From Haliotis rubra (lineage: Eukaryota): a stretch of DNA of 64,000 nt. The notes under the pieces are model-generated. The model was not told the origin of the DNA. It did not search any database and saw only the letters and a program-made list of their open reading frames with translations. Each line of letters starts with the position of its first letter. Positions within the stretch are counted from its first letter, which is position 1. The stretch lies in NCBI RefSeq assembly GCF_003918875.1, contig NW_025766558.1, positions 3,596,001 through 3,660,000 of the forward strand. Reading direction: 5' to 3'. Below are positions 11,820 through 25,220 of this stretch, piece by piece. The position numbers and the translations under genes were made by a program.

Positions 11820-14800
11820 CATTCTATCAGCTAATCACGTGACAGTCAGGCTTCCATGAGATTGCAACTGCGCATGCCCGAATCAGTGCAAAGCTGTGCT
11901 CTCGTAGAAATCAGACGTGAAAATCTCAGCTCTGGAAAATAAGTTTTCAAGTGAGATTATTTGAACTTTTTAGCTGGTTACAGTTGTATAAATACAACCC
12001 AGCTTCCTATAAAATCACTATAATTAGTGTAAAAACAGATATTATTATCTGTAATTGTGGAAACTTCAGTTTTTCGAAAATATAAAAACCACGTGTTTCC
12101 GAGTTCCGAGGCACGATAATGGCGGAGGCTTGTTTAATAACAAGTCTGTCAGCAGACAGTGATCACTCAAGTCAACATAGCAAATCGAAGTCCAAAAACA
12201 AAACTGACTGTAATGGTAAAAAATCCAGTCGAGGAAAGATATCATCTGTTAGCAATAATGCTATCCCAGGCCCGAGTGGCCAAGCAGTCGAGAGTGAATC
12301 CTATCGCAATCTGATGTCAGAGCTTGTGGCCGAAGTAAAAAACATGCGGCAAACTATGGACACTAGATTAGATGGTTTTCAGGAACAAATAGACTCGTTT
12401 TATGGTGGAGAAGACCACACATATGGTCAATGTGATGATGACGATGAAATGGATTACATTGAACCGAGTCAGAATAAACTCCATGAACGTTCACTGAGTG
12501 TAGGAACCGAAACCGGTTCCGTTGGCATTGCAAACCAGTTGCTTACCACGCACCCTGCGCATGAGCAGGAAGTGGCTATGCCTTCCGGAGAGGAGAATGT
12601 TGACGAGAATGGTTTTGTGAGTGCTGTCCGTTCTAACTTGCTGCTTTAGCAGCCAGACGGTGAACCTATCGACGCAAAATTGGCTGAACTGGTAACTGAA
12701 CTCTTTGAGACCAGACCGGACGAATCGTCCTTATCGACAAAAATGAAATCAATCAAAAGGCCTGGAAATTGCCATGGCTTAAAAACTCCCGAGGTAAACA
12801 AACTTCTGTTGGATTCTATCAATCCCGGAGCTATGTCTATGGACTGTAGAATGCAAACGGTACAAAATGGCGTGATTAAAGCTGCCACATGTGTTGCTGC
12901 TACAATAGAAGTTCTGATGAAGAACAAGAAGGATATCCCTACTCCCGTCTACTCAGAAATGGTTAACAAGTTATCAGATACATTGACTATGACCTCATAT
13001 CGTCCAGAGACGAAAAGAACTCATAAGACCACATCTGAATTTCCAGTATCGACCTTTATGTGCTCCAAGTGCACCCACTTCATGTGACTATCTGTTTCGT
13101 GATGATATTGCTAAAAGCCTGAAGGACATGAATATGGCCAGTCATCTTGTAAAACAATCAGCAGAGGTCGTGGGTATCACCAAACTGCTCGCTACGTGCC
13201 TTATAATAAGCAGTTTGGCCGCATAGGCAGAGGTCGAGGTCGTGGTCTTGGATTCCCACCTTGATATTTTTTAGCAGGGGACCCCCAATACAACAGAGGT
13301 TTCGAGAAAAAAAGAGGAGGGGGGAAGAACAGGCATATTTTGGACATAGTTTCAGGATTGAAAATAGATATGATTAAAACTCCAATACAGTTTAAAGAGC
13401 CAAAACAAATTGAATTCAATGACCAAGAAAAGGAAATTGTTAATAGAGAAATTGAAGTTTAAAGAACACTTGGTGTCATTGCGCTGGCAGAAGATACTGA
13501 TGACCAATTCATTTTAAAATATATTCATCAGAAAAAAGAAAAATAACAAATATAGATTGATTTTGAACTTGAAGCAATTGAACCAGTTTATAGAGTACCA
13601 TCATTTTAAAATGGAAAACTTACAAACAGTATTGCATTTGTTGAAAAAGAATATGTACATGGCATCAGTTGATTTGACACATGCTTATTATTCAGTAAGT
13701 GTACATGAAGATCATAGAAAATATTTAAGGTTCAGGTGGAATGGGTACTTGTACCAATTCACATGTATGCCAAATGGGTTGGCTTGTGCTCCTCGGATAT
13801 TCACTAAGATACTTAAGCCAGTATTTTCACATTTGAGACTGCAGGTTAATCAGTGTATGGGGTACATTGGTGACACTTATACTCAGGCGGAGACAAAAGC
13901 TGAATGCAAGGCATCAGTAGAGGGCATGGCAGAATTTCTGAAACATTTGGGCTTTACAATAAATCATGAAAAATCAAATTTTGAGCCCTCAAGGAGAAAG
14001 AAATTCTTAGGCTTTATTCTGGATTCAGAAAATATGAAAATAGAGTTACCAAATGATAAGGCAATACACATTGCTGAGACATGCTCATTGATTCTCAAGA
14101 ACACTCATCATGTGATAAGAGATATAGCTAGACTACTTGGATTGATTGTTTCATGTTTCCCTGCTGTAACACTTGGGCAGCTGTATTATAGGTATTGAAA
14201 TGGAGAAGACAATAGCTCTGAAACACAGCAAAGGTGATTTTGATGCTACTATGTATCTATCATCTGAATCTAAACAAGAGGTAACTTGGTGGAAGGATAA
14301 TGTGTTAGAATCAGTAAATGAAAGCTGTCCCTTCCAAAGCCCTGATTTTACAGTGACAAGGCTGGGGGCAAATTTAGGACATGGTGTTGGAGGAAGATGG
14401 TCTGAGGAAGAGACAGGTTATCACATTAATGTGTTGGAACTTAAGGCTATTCTGATGTCACTCCAAGCTCTGTCGCTAACAAACGTTTTCAATGGAAAAC
14501 ATGTACATGTGCTCTCAGACAATACTACAGCTATTTCTTATGTTCAAGCTATGGGAGGTACAAAATCTGTTGATTGTAACAACATTGCAAAAGATATCTG
14601 GTTTTGGTGTATGGAAAAAAATATTTGGCTCACTATCTCTCACATAGCTGGTTCTAAAAACACAGAGGCAGATAAAGCATTCAGAAAATGTAATGATAGA
14701 ACAGAATGGTCTCTGAATGCTTCAATATTTAAGAAAACCATGCAACATTTGAATGTGAACCCTACAGTAGATATGTTTACATCACGGCGAAATAGTAAAC

Positions 14801-16597
14801 TGTCAAGATTTGTTAGTTGGAGACCTGAACCAGAAGCAGTCGCAGTTGATGTGTTTCCAGGAAATTGAAGCTGATAGAGCGTTTCCAGAAAATTGAAGCT
14901 GATAGAGCTAGGGTGATGATTATTGTCCCATGGTGGCCTACACAAGCTTGGTTTGCTCATTTGTTGCAATTATTGTGTTGTAGACCTTTGATGTTGCCTG
15001 TGCGAAAGGACCTGGTAACCAGTGTGGAAGGTCTCCCACATCCCATAGCCAGGAGGCTGAGACTGACAGCCTGCCTACTGTCCGGTATTGTTTCACACAG
15101 AGAGGAATTTCTGACGACACAGCCAAGTTCCTTGTCAAATCGTGGAGAAAAGGAACACGCAATCAGTATGCCTGTTACCTCACAAGATGGAGAAAGTTTT
15201 ATTCTCAAAGGAAAGTTGATTTCAGTTTGCCATCTTTAGCAGATGTGTTAGATTTCCTACTATCGCTAGTCAAGGCTGGACTGAGTTATGGACTGCAAGA
15301 TGTGCATTGTCTACTATTGTATTGGTTAATGATCAACCATGTGGTAGTCACCCAATGGTATCTAGGTTCCTTAAAGCTGTTTTTCAAGAGAACCCACCAG
15401 TTCCTAGATATCTGGAGGTATGGAGTGTTAAAGATGTTCTTACATTTCTGCAGAGTTTGCAAACTATGTTTATTTCTTTGAAAGAGCTAACTATCAAGTT
15501 AGTATTGTTGATGTCACTGACAACTGCCCAGAGAGGTCAAACGTTACATTTATTGAGTTTAAACAACATGACAGAGAAGAAATCTGACATTACTTTTCAC
15601 TTTGCTGATTTAGTTTAGCAATCTAAACCTGGAAGACTGACAAAACCGCTGGTTCTTAAGGAGTATTCAGTGGACAAACGTGTGTGTGTAGTCATGGTTC
15701 TGAGGGAATACATAAGAAGAACTGCAGATTTGAGAGGTTCTGAGAAAAAACTGCTAACTACCTATATTAAACCTTATAAGGCAGTATCACGGGACACTGT
15801 ATCACGGTGGATTAGGACTGGCCTGTCTCAAGGAGGTATTGACACTAACGTATTTGCTGCACACAGTACTAGGGCTGCAGCTACATCTGCCGCACGACAG
15901 GCCTCAGTGCCAATCAGAACAATACTTGACAAAGCAGATTCGTCATCTGAGCATACATTTGCCAGTTTCTATGATAAGACAATTGTTGCCAGAGATAATT
16001 GCTTCCTGAAGCAATTCTGCAATGAGTTGAATGATTGGTAGAAGTATGGTTCGGTGATTTCAGAAAAGGAACAAAGTCTGCAAGTAAAATACTCTTATAT
16101 GAATGCTTCAACTAGTTGCATAAAGTGTTTGGAAATAAAGATATAGTTTGCTCATTGTTCTTTGCAAATGTTCATTAAAAGAAATGTACATAACTTCACA
16201 ACTTTATCAAAAGGTTTTCCAGTACAACAATTATCAGGCAATATTGAAACATACTACATGTATTACTGTCATTGATGTTTTTATGGAAATAAAAGTCCTC
16301 ATATGTTGTACCAGTTTGTTGGTGAATTTTATTTCTGAGTTGAATTGAGAATCTGTTTATGAGGGAGCATCCATCTTCAAAGTCTCATGGAAGCCTGACT
16401 GTCACGTGATTAGCTGATAGAATCTAAAAGTTAAACGAGACTTACCTGTGAGTTGAAGTATGACTGTGGTTCTATCAGCTAATCTACGTGAAGGAGGGGT
16501 TACATGCCCACCGCTGTATTATCCCTCCCATACTTGTTGGTTTTTAGTGGGCTACTCCCTCCTAAACTCTTTAAAGTCTGATTCGGGCATGCGCAGT
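11820..16597 (+). mobile_element. DIRS1-like tyrosine-recombinase retrotransposon, decayed, right end truncated
   Basis: Gag-like ORFs 12119-13260. RT 13557-14198 (SVDLTHAYYSV, CMPNGLACAPRIFTK, YIGD for YxDD). RNase H (HINVLELKA, SDNTTA, HIAGSKNTEAD). MT-like domain (DMFTSRRN...SWRP, IIVPWWPTQAWF). YR (AQRGQTL, HSTR, FASFY). 11821-11861 is reverse-complemented at 16383-16423, and 11867-11886 at 16578-16597. Confidence 0.95.
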
Positions 16598-17020
16598 AAA
16601 CAGAAAGACTGTAAAATCACTAGATTATCACAATAAGAGTTAAAACTAGCTTGCATATATCTTCAAGTGTAGAAAACTATTTTCGACAATACAATGTAAA
16701 AGCGGACTATTGGTCGCCAGCAACTGAAGGTAAAACACCATGCCAGGGACCATGGGGACTTACAGTGCTTTTCCTACCTGCATGAACCCCAGTTGGATTT
16801 ACATCATCCCCTCAACCATTGGCGATTGTGCTTAGATTTAGCCACAAATCAAAATGACAAAACTTCTACTATTAAAAAATGTAATAGGTCAAAATTAACT
16901 TTGACAGTTTTGGGACTTACGTACCCTCTCAGGAGGACAATAATTTTACACTACTTTCACCCCCTTTGAGGATACAGCCACTAACAACCTAAGTTGATAA
17001 TCTCAACTACCAATCATAAA
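16598..17020 (-). mobile_element. I/Nimb LINE 3' UTR fragment abutting the DIRS right end
   Basis: Reverse-complement similarity to about 2950-3300. Confidence 0.75.
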
Positions 17021-17924
17021 TGTAATGTTTTGTTCCGCATACAAATCAGGCATACACTTAACACAGGTATACACAGCAGTGTTCCGAAATACGTATAGAT
17101 ATCACCTCAAAATATATTTCTGCCTTCCGTTTTAAGTAATTTAACAGGTACACAGAGGATGTGTGTGTGTGTGTGTGTGCATGCGTGTGTGTGTGCATTG
17201 TTGGTGCTGCACGGAGGTGTTGGAATAGTCAGCAGTTATTAGAAGAAGTGCCGTCATGCAAAATATTATTGAAAATATATATTACAATTAGGTTGCTGCA
17301 CACCACTACGCGATACATAGCTGGAATATTGCTGAGTGCGGCGTTAAACAACAAAACAAACAAAACAAAGCTACACGATACATAGCGGCAACAGCCGTAC
17401 TGTGACAAGGTTGCATTTGGAAAAAGGTATAATTGGTATAATACATTCAAAATGTTGAAGTAAGTCCCTTCCCATGACTATTATTGTTGGAAGTGTCTCC
17501 GCATATTACACAACCGAAAATACAGAGGTATGCCTAGAAGTTGTGTTGTCTGTATTTATCAGAATTGATCTAAAAGACTGCAATAAGTCATTTAATGTGG
17601 TCATATGCATTTTATCTACCGTAAACAAGTCATATATATCACCTATTGTTAATTTAAGAGATATAACTAAACATTCTCACAAAACACTATATGTATATTT
17701 AATTAAGTGAAGAACATAGCAAAAATATTTCATTTCTCACAAGAATAAGTCGGAATGAGAATTCTGTTGACAGCTGGTGAGATAAGGGCAGGTCGAGTTA
17801 CCTCATGCCATAGCCTGGGAATAAAGGATGCAGGAACGGAGACTTGCCACCAGTCTAGGTAATCCAACCCTTCCCATATTCTCGGTGACCCGCTCTTCAC
17901 TGTGACTCCCGGCACACGGCACAT

Positions 17925-18050
17925 GGGAGCCAACAGCTCTGGAGTTACGTTTCAAAACGACAACGCCGGGCCACATGTTGCTCCAGTTGAAAGCAGTATC
18001 GTAATCAGAGCAATGTAAATGTGTTACCCTGGCCCGCAAGATCCCGTCAG
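17925..18050 (+). mobile_element. Tc1 transposase fragment
   Basis: GVTFQNDNAGPHVA ... NVLPWPARS. Confidence 0.65.
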
Positions 18051-18149
18051 ACTATAGGTCAGAATACGTTCAAGATGTGCATGGATTTAGTTTCGACTGA
18101 CAGTTCATTATCAACAAGTCCCACGAGGTTTATGGCATGCACTATACAG

Positions 18150-18415
18150 TGAGTGAGTGAGTTTAGTTTTACGCCGCACGCAGCAATATTTTAGCTATAT
18201 GGCGGCGGTCTGTAAATAAGCGAGTCTGGACAAGACAATCCAGTGATCAACAGCATGAGGTTCGATCTGCGTAATTGGGAACCGATGACATGTGTCAACC
18301 AAGTCAGCGAGCCTGATCACCCGATCCCGTTAGTTGCCTCTTACGACAAGCATAGTCTCCTTTTGTGGCAAGCATGGGTTGCTGAAGACCTATTCTACCC
18401 CGGATCTTCACGTCT
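18150..18415 (-). mobile_element. SINE-like retroposon (gacccgtgaagatc family)
   Basis: Reverse complement of 9347-9597. TSD gcact(a/c)tacag. Confidence 0.85.
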
Positions 18416-19073
18416 CGCACTCTACAGATCTAGCTGTTATCAAACATTTACATCCTACATATTGATAACTGTTCGCGTCATTATCAAAGTGATGTCAATA
18501 ACATTCGCGCCTGTGCAACACTGATTTCCTTTCCATCAGATAAACTACTGTTAATTAACATTTACAACACAGTCGATATCATACGATATAGGAAAGCTGC
18601 TGTCTCCCAAAACCCTAAATCATGTGTTCGAGGAAATGAAACCTGCCTAAATGAGTTGTGTTACACTTCGCGGGTAAGACAGTGTTTCCAGTAACCTCAT
18701 GCAATCTGCGTACATTTGTGTAGTCCGAGTGTATACCCAGAATCCCCTCATTGATTTATGTGTGTACACGTATGTTTCTGCCGAGTTCAATTAAATCGTT
18801 TCACTTATATTACCGTTTAAAAAGTACTGCCGTTATGTTGAAACCCCTGTGTGTAAATCATTGACATTTGTATTACAAGTACTATATAATTATTTGATAA
18901 ATCATACTTAAAATCAAATGATCTTTGAAGGCCTGAACGGGTGCTTAAGATCTTGCCTGGTCCGGACTGGGTTATTTACAGACCACTGTCCTGACCTGCA
19001 GCTGGAACATGGCAGCGTTAGAGAGCAAACAAACATGACCACATTTCTTAAACAATTTGAATAATTTCCTTAC

Positions 19074-19404
19074 CCTCTTTGCAGCAGGGGCTTCTCCATC
19101 CCTGTCTACACCTACACTGACCAGTGTTTTCATCGAACTTCCCTCCATTGAAGCAGAACGTGTTGCACGATCTGTAGGTTTCGGGTGCATCGCCAACGGA
19201 CATCTGGCATCGTTCTAGACATGATTCTGTGGACTCCTTGTCCTGGCAACAACGTGTTCGTTTCCTGGTTTGGTACCCTCCACCACAAGATCTACTGCAT
19301 TCCCCCCACTCTCCCACACTCCAGTCACAGTCCGCCACACATGTTCCACATGCAGAGTTGATACCAAGTGTTGATATGAGCAATATCAACAGCAATGTCG
19401 ACAT
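19074..19404 (-). CDS. First coding exon of a secreted thrombospondin type-1 (TSP1) plus EGF-like protein
   Basis: Signal peptide MSTLLLILLISTLGINSACG, TSP1 motif WSVGEWGECSRSCGGGYQTRKR, and EGF-like CFNGGKF...CRCRQGWRSPCC. Phase-1 donor G|GTAAGG at 19073. No downstream exons identified. Confidence 0.85.
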
Positions 19405-19835
19405 TTTCACCAAACAGTGTATTACCACTATTAACACTGTGTACTTGTCGTCCATGTGCCTGTGTACATGTGCTTGCTGTTTGCTATTGGCAGACGCAGT
19501 GCATGTTGTCTTTGTGCAGGGGACTTGTAGCCCAGGTCAAACAGCGGATAGCAAAACAAACTCTGCTATCATCTGACTGGGTCCAATCAAATTTCGATAC
19601 AATCTTACACTTGGGACCTCCTTTTGGGTAGATCTTTCATCCTGCGTACTCGACGTTCCCATAGCCGCAGTTCCTTTAACATTTCGAAAGAACCAGATGA
19701 AACGATGCAACTGAATTAAGTATTGGCAAAATGCTTCAAATATGAACAAAGACAGCAGTGTAACAAGTAGCACCAGCGTTCACTGATAGCACCTCGTTAA
19801 GCCCGATGAATGAATGAATGAACTTATGCCATTAT

Positions 19836-20948
19836 TTCCTCCAAATAGATCAGAAGATCTTCAAAACATCATGCTTATGTAATAATATAATTATACCCAA
19901 CACACACACACACGCACGCACGCGCGCACACACACATAGTATATGGGAACAAAATGTACAGGCTATTAACAGCCAGGTATTGGTAAGATTATTACCACAT
20001 ATGCTATTGAGGATATCTTTTGGTTTATACAAACACTGAGAATTCTATAATAGTAACATACCATGTTATTTCATCAATATCATTGTTATCGGCCCAAGAA
20101 AGAATGACTCACCCACTCCATCATCTCTATTTTGACATATATTTCAACATCAAGATTATCGAGTAGAGTTTGTGTCACCATCTCCAACGTAGGACATACC
20201 ATTTCCTTCGTAGGAGTTATTTAGTCCTACGTAGGACTACTTTCTCCTACGTAGAACTTAATATTTCCTACGTAGGACTTAATATTTCCTAAGTTGTATC
20301 TAATATATCCTTTTTAAGTTTCGGATTATGAAGTTTGGTTATTAAGTTGAGAAATGTTTGGCTATGCAGGACGTCAGATAACAGAAATGCAAGTCAGTGA
20401 ATATTCATGACACTAACGCAGTGTTACTATACAGTGTTAATGTGTGTGTGTGTGTGTGTGTGTTACGTTAGGGTGACGTGGACCTTGTTCTAATTGCAGT
20501 TAAGGAGGTTTTGGTATTGTTATGCTAGAGGTGCTCCTCAAGTTGTTGCTTGTCTTCAGATATGGCTAGGTGGATCGGATACAACGCTCGTGTGCGGTTT
20601 GTTTTTTCGTGATCGTTTACAGGTTGACTTGACTGGGGTGGAAAAGTGTTAAGTGCGGCGAGAAACAATACGAAATTGAAAAAAGGCAAAGAATTGTCAT
20701 TATAGTTATTTGTATAAGTATAATGGAATTAGTACGCATAAATTGCCACCGATAGTCTAAAGCCACCCTGACACTTGCACGAATTTTGTCCCCGAACTGT
20801 CGCGCAATACGTCGTGGCAATGCGTGTAATTTAGATGGTACGCATGAAAGCGCGAAGCCTAGTTTGCGCACTGTTCGCGTCCTGTTTACGCATAAGTAAC
20901 GCAATTGGCACGCAATGCGCGACAGAAAATGGTGCACATTGTCAGGCA

Positions 20949-20981
<33 letters not shown>

Positions 20982-22484
20982 AGCTAGGCTAGCTACACAT
21001 GATGAAAAGTTAGAATGTTGAAAAGTTAGAATGTGATGTCTTAGATACCCTTATCATCCTTATGATCACAGCACTCAGTCGTCTAAAATTGGTACATTCA
21101 GACTTCATTCCCAGACTTAACTCCAAGACTCCACTCTATTTTTTACAAGTATGCCATCACGCACGGCCCAGCAATAGTTGGCATAGTGTAAAGTATGGAC
21201 TGGATTTTGGCATGAAATAGTGGAATGGAATTTGGAGTGATACAAATTTGCTATTTATAAATGTTGCAGTCAGATTGTGTCATTTCAGTCATTTCGTTAA
21301 ATGGCTGGCCCTCTTAGTAAATGAAATGACTGACTTAGAGGTCTAGCCATTTCACGAAATGACTGAAATGGTGTTGTGAAAATTCCTCCAAATAGATCAG
21401 AAGATCTTCAAAACATCATGCTTATGTAATAATATAATTATACCCAACACACACACACACGCACGCGCACACACACATAGTATATGGGAACAAAATGTAC
21501 AGGCTATTAACAGCCAGGTATTGGTAAGATTATTACCACATATGCTATTGAGGATATCTTTTGGTTTATACAAACACTGAAAATTCTATAATAGTAACAT
21601 ACCATGTTATTTCATCAATATCATTGTTATCGGCCCAAGAAAGAATGACTCACCCACTCCATCATCTCTATTTTGACATATATTTCAACATCAAGATTAT
21701 CGAGTAGAGTTTGTGTCACCATCTCCAACGTAGGACATACCATTTCCTTCGTAGGAGTTATTTGAGTCCCTACGTAGGACTACTTTCTCTACGTAGAACT
21801 TAATATTTCCTACGTAGGACTTAATATTTCTAAGTTGTATCTAATATATCCTTTTAAGTTTCGGATTATGAAGTTTGGTTATTAAGTTGAAATGTTTGGC
21901 TATGCAGGACGTCAGATAACAGAAATGCAAGTCAGTGAATATTCATGACACTAACGCAGTGTTACTATACAGTGTTAATGTGTGTGTGTGTGTGTGTGTG
22001 TGTTACGTTAGGGTGACGTGGACCTTGTTCTAATTGCAGTTAAGGAGGTTTTGGTATTGTTATGCTAGAGGTGCTCCTCAAGTTGTTGCTTGTCTTCAGA
22101 TATGGCTAGGTGGATCGGATACAACGCTCGTGTGCGGTTTGTTTTTTCGTGATCGTTTACAGGTTGACTTGACTGGGGTGGAAAAGTGTTAAGTGCGGCG
22201 AGAAACAATACGAAATTGAAAAAAGGCAAAGAATTGTCATTATAGTTATTTGTATAAGTATAATGGAATTAGTACGCATAAATTGCCACCGATAGTCTAA
22301 AGCCACCCTGACACTTGCACGAATTTTGTCCCCGAACTGTCGCGCAATACGTCGTGGCAATGCGTGTAATTTAGATGGTACGCATGAAAGCGCGAAGCCT
22401 AGTTTGCGCACTGTTCGCGTCCTGTTTACGCATAAGTAACGCAATTGGCACGCAATGCGCGACAGAAAATGGTGCACATTGTCA

Positions 22485-22519
<35 letters not shown>

Positions 22520-22918
22520 TAGGCTAGCTACACATGATGAAAAGTTAGAATGTTGAAAAGTTAGAATGTGATGTCTTAGATACCCTTATCATCCTTATGA
22601 TCACAGCACTCAGTCGTCTAAAATTGGTACATTCAGACTTCATTCCCAGACTTAACTCCAAGACTCCACTCTATTTTTTACAAGTATGCCATCACGCACG
22701 GCCCAGCAATAGTTGGCATAGTGTAAAGTATGGACTGGATTTTGGCATGAAATAGTGGAATGGAATTTGGAGTGATACAAATTTGCTATTTATAAATGTT
22801 GCAGTCAGATTGTGTCATTTCAGTCATTTCGTTAAATGGCTGGCCCTCTTAGTAAATGAAATGACTGACTTAGAGGTCTAGCCATTTCACGAAATGACTG
22901 AAATGGTGTTGTGAAAAT
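19836..22918. repeat. Tandem duplication, 2 x about 1.54 kb (19836-21382 and 21383-22918)
   Basis: Copies are near-identical, including identical 110-aa ORFs at 20617 and 22157. Differences are mostly homopolymer or microsatellite length. Confidence 0.95.
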
Positions 22919-23240
22919 ACAAGTGACTAATAACAGACAAGTATTTGATAACAAGCTTTATTGACATAAGTATTCACGAAATTACATGTTATGTCACATA
23001 ATTAATGGGACCATAACTTGAACATCACTTAATAACTTTATCTACAAACATGGATCTCCACTCTAATATGCTAAGACAGTTTATAAACAACTGATCACTG
23101 ATATTATATGGCATGTAAGCTAAGAGACGTGGATGTCAGCTTATCTCCTCAGCCATGGCCCATCCACCTTACACCCAAAGGCACATGACTCTGGGGGGGA
23201 TAAGGTTTGTGTTTAAATATTATTGTCTAGGTTATGTCCA

Positions 23241-23494
23241 TTACCCCTGCCAGGTTCTGGTTCAACGGAGTGAAGGAACAAGGGAGTTAAATTTAAATAT
23301 GCTTTCCTTTACCCGCTACGCCAGAAGTATTTTTTGTAGAATAAATGTTACGAAAATTCTAAAAATAACGACCGCAGATAAGAAAAATAATCCCCAACAG
23401 TTTAACGGTAAAATTATGCAATATGATATTTGTGTTTAATTTCTGCTTATTCTTGTTCCTTCACTCTGTTGAACCGGAAGCCGGCAGGGGTAAT
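23241..23494. mobile_element. MITE-like element with about 45-bp TIRs
   Basis: ttacccctgccaggttctggttcaacggagtgaaggaacaag ... cttgttccttcactctgttgaaccggaagccggcaggggtaa. Confidence 0.7.
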
Positions 23495-23779
23495 AAAGGC
23501 GAAGAACGACTTGACATGCCACAAGTGGTACTTAAAATGTTGAATTAAATATATTGTACGTGAGCAATTATTAAATACGAGGTTGGAAACCTGTGAGCAC
23601 AACTCTGGATGTCTTCCTTTGATGATGGCGATATTTTATTTTTATATTAAAAATATTTTTCGAACCGAACCGAGGGAAGCACGTTGCCAACCTTCGCTCG
23701 GATATGGGAAGACTGGTAATTTTTCTCTGCCTTGCGCACCCCTATTTATGCTACAGTTTGCCTGTGCTGAGATATGATA

Positions 23780-24720
23780 ACTGACCGGCAAAAGAAAGAA
23801 AACCAAAAGTTACCATTTCTCAATTTTTAAGAAATATTTTTGTAGGTAAATTATACACTGAAACATGACACCCCAACGAAGCAATTTGATACCTGCAGGG
23901 TATAAAGGTTAGTGTGCGCACAGGTTACACATGCAGTTTGAAAAAGATCACCACAGATATGCAACGACTATCAGCAGTTGAACGTGAGAGGGCCATAGCT
24001 ATGCTCCAGATGGGGTCGACACACACCAACGTTGCAAGAACCTTCGGCTGCACCCGTGCAGCCATCTCTTGACTGCTGCAACGTTACAGGCAGACGGGCC
24101 GGACACAAGACAGACCAAAAAGTGGGAGACCGCGGATAACAATACCAGCTAAAGACCGGCATTTGAGGACGTTACACCTGAGAAACCATTTCCTGACTGT
24201 AACGTCATCAGCGGCAAATTCCCTTGATAACCATGTCAGTCAATACAAGGTGGCTAGACGTCTTCGGGCAACAGGTATCAGAGCCTACAGACCCTTCACA
24301 GGACAGGTGTTGACCCCTGAACACAGATGTCACAGATTGCGTTGGGCCCGAGTTGCTCGTCGTTGGCAGCGACGAGAGGAACAGCGTGAACGTTCTATAG
24401 TGGCTAGCACGTTCTCCAGACATGTCCCCGATGGAGCCCATGTGGGATGCACTAGACAGACACGTGCGGAAACCCACCACAGAATAGACAGCAACTTGCA
24501 CAAGTGCTCCAGCACGAATGGCGTGGCATACCTCGTGACCTTGTCCCACGTCTGGCGTCTTCGGCTAGAAGGAGGCTGCGTGTCTGTATTGATGCAAGGG
24601 GTGGACATACAGGATACTAAAGTGATGGTAGTGAACGTGTTTCTGTGGTATGAGTGTGATTTGTAGCTCAGGTTGTGCATTCTGTTTTGTGTGTCTAGGT
24701 TGTCTAGGTCAATGATAATG
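23780..24720 (+). mobile_element. Internally deleted Tc1 element
   Basis: TIR-like actgaccggcaaaagaaa, then MQRLSAVERERAIAML, DRPKSGRPRIT, RLRATGIRAYRP, LTPEHRCHRLRWAR, SPDMSPMEP, QGGHT. Confidence 0.85.
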
Positions 24721-24999
24721 ACCTCTCTCAAAACCGCCGCCATATGGCTGGAATATTCTGCGGCGTAAAACTAAACTAGCTCACTCACTCTCTTAAAAAG
24801 CAATGTACAATAATAAATAAAATGAAACTGAATCCTCAAAACTGGCTTAAGACTGAGGTATTTATGAACCCCTTGTACAAACATCATGGCAGCTAGTTAT
24901 ATACTAGCCACATAAAGAAACTGTGCATTGTCAATGATGAAGAAACGTCGTGTGTAAATAATAAAGAAGTTGCACATCCATATCAAGTGTGTTGTACTT

Positions 25000-25220
25000 T
25001 AGGTTCTGCCTCACATATATGCCAAGTTTTGCTGAAAGATATTAAGAAGTTTTCCAGTTGTGCTCTGGAAACGAAGCCCACCCCTCCCTTTTGAGATTAA
25101 GTCCGAATCGTTTCCATGGAAACTGAGAAAATGATAAATCACAAAAATCTGCAAATAGCATTTTTGGGATCTGCCTCACATATCTGCCAAGTTTTGCTGA
25201 AAGATATTAAGAAGTTATTC
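25000..25220. repeat. Partial tandem repeat with about 165-bp period
   Basis: ctgcctcacatat(a/c)tgccaagttttgctgaaagatattaagaagtt at about 25006 and 25171. Confidence 0.7.

Noticed and set aside
17730-18039. Minus-strand ORFs as downstream exons of the TSP1 gene
   Set aside because: The plus strand encodes Tc1 transposase motifs, and the minus ORFs have no extracellular-domain pattern.
20617-22489. Two identical 110-aa ORFs as duplicated genes
   Set aside because: They overlie a palindromic MITE-like sequence (about 20767-20946) inside the tandem duplication and have no recognisable domain.
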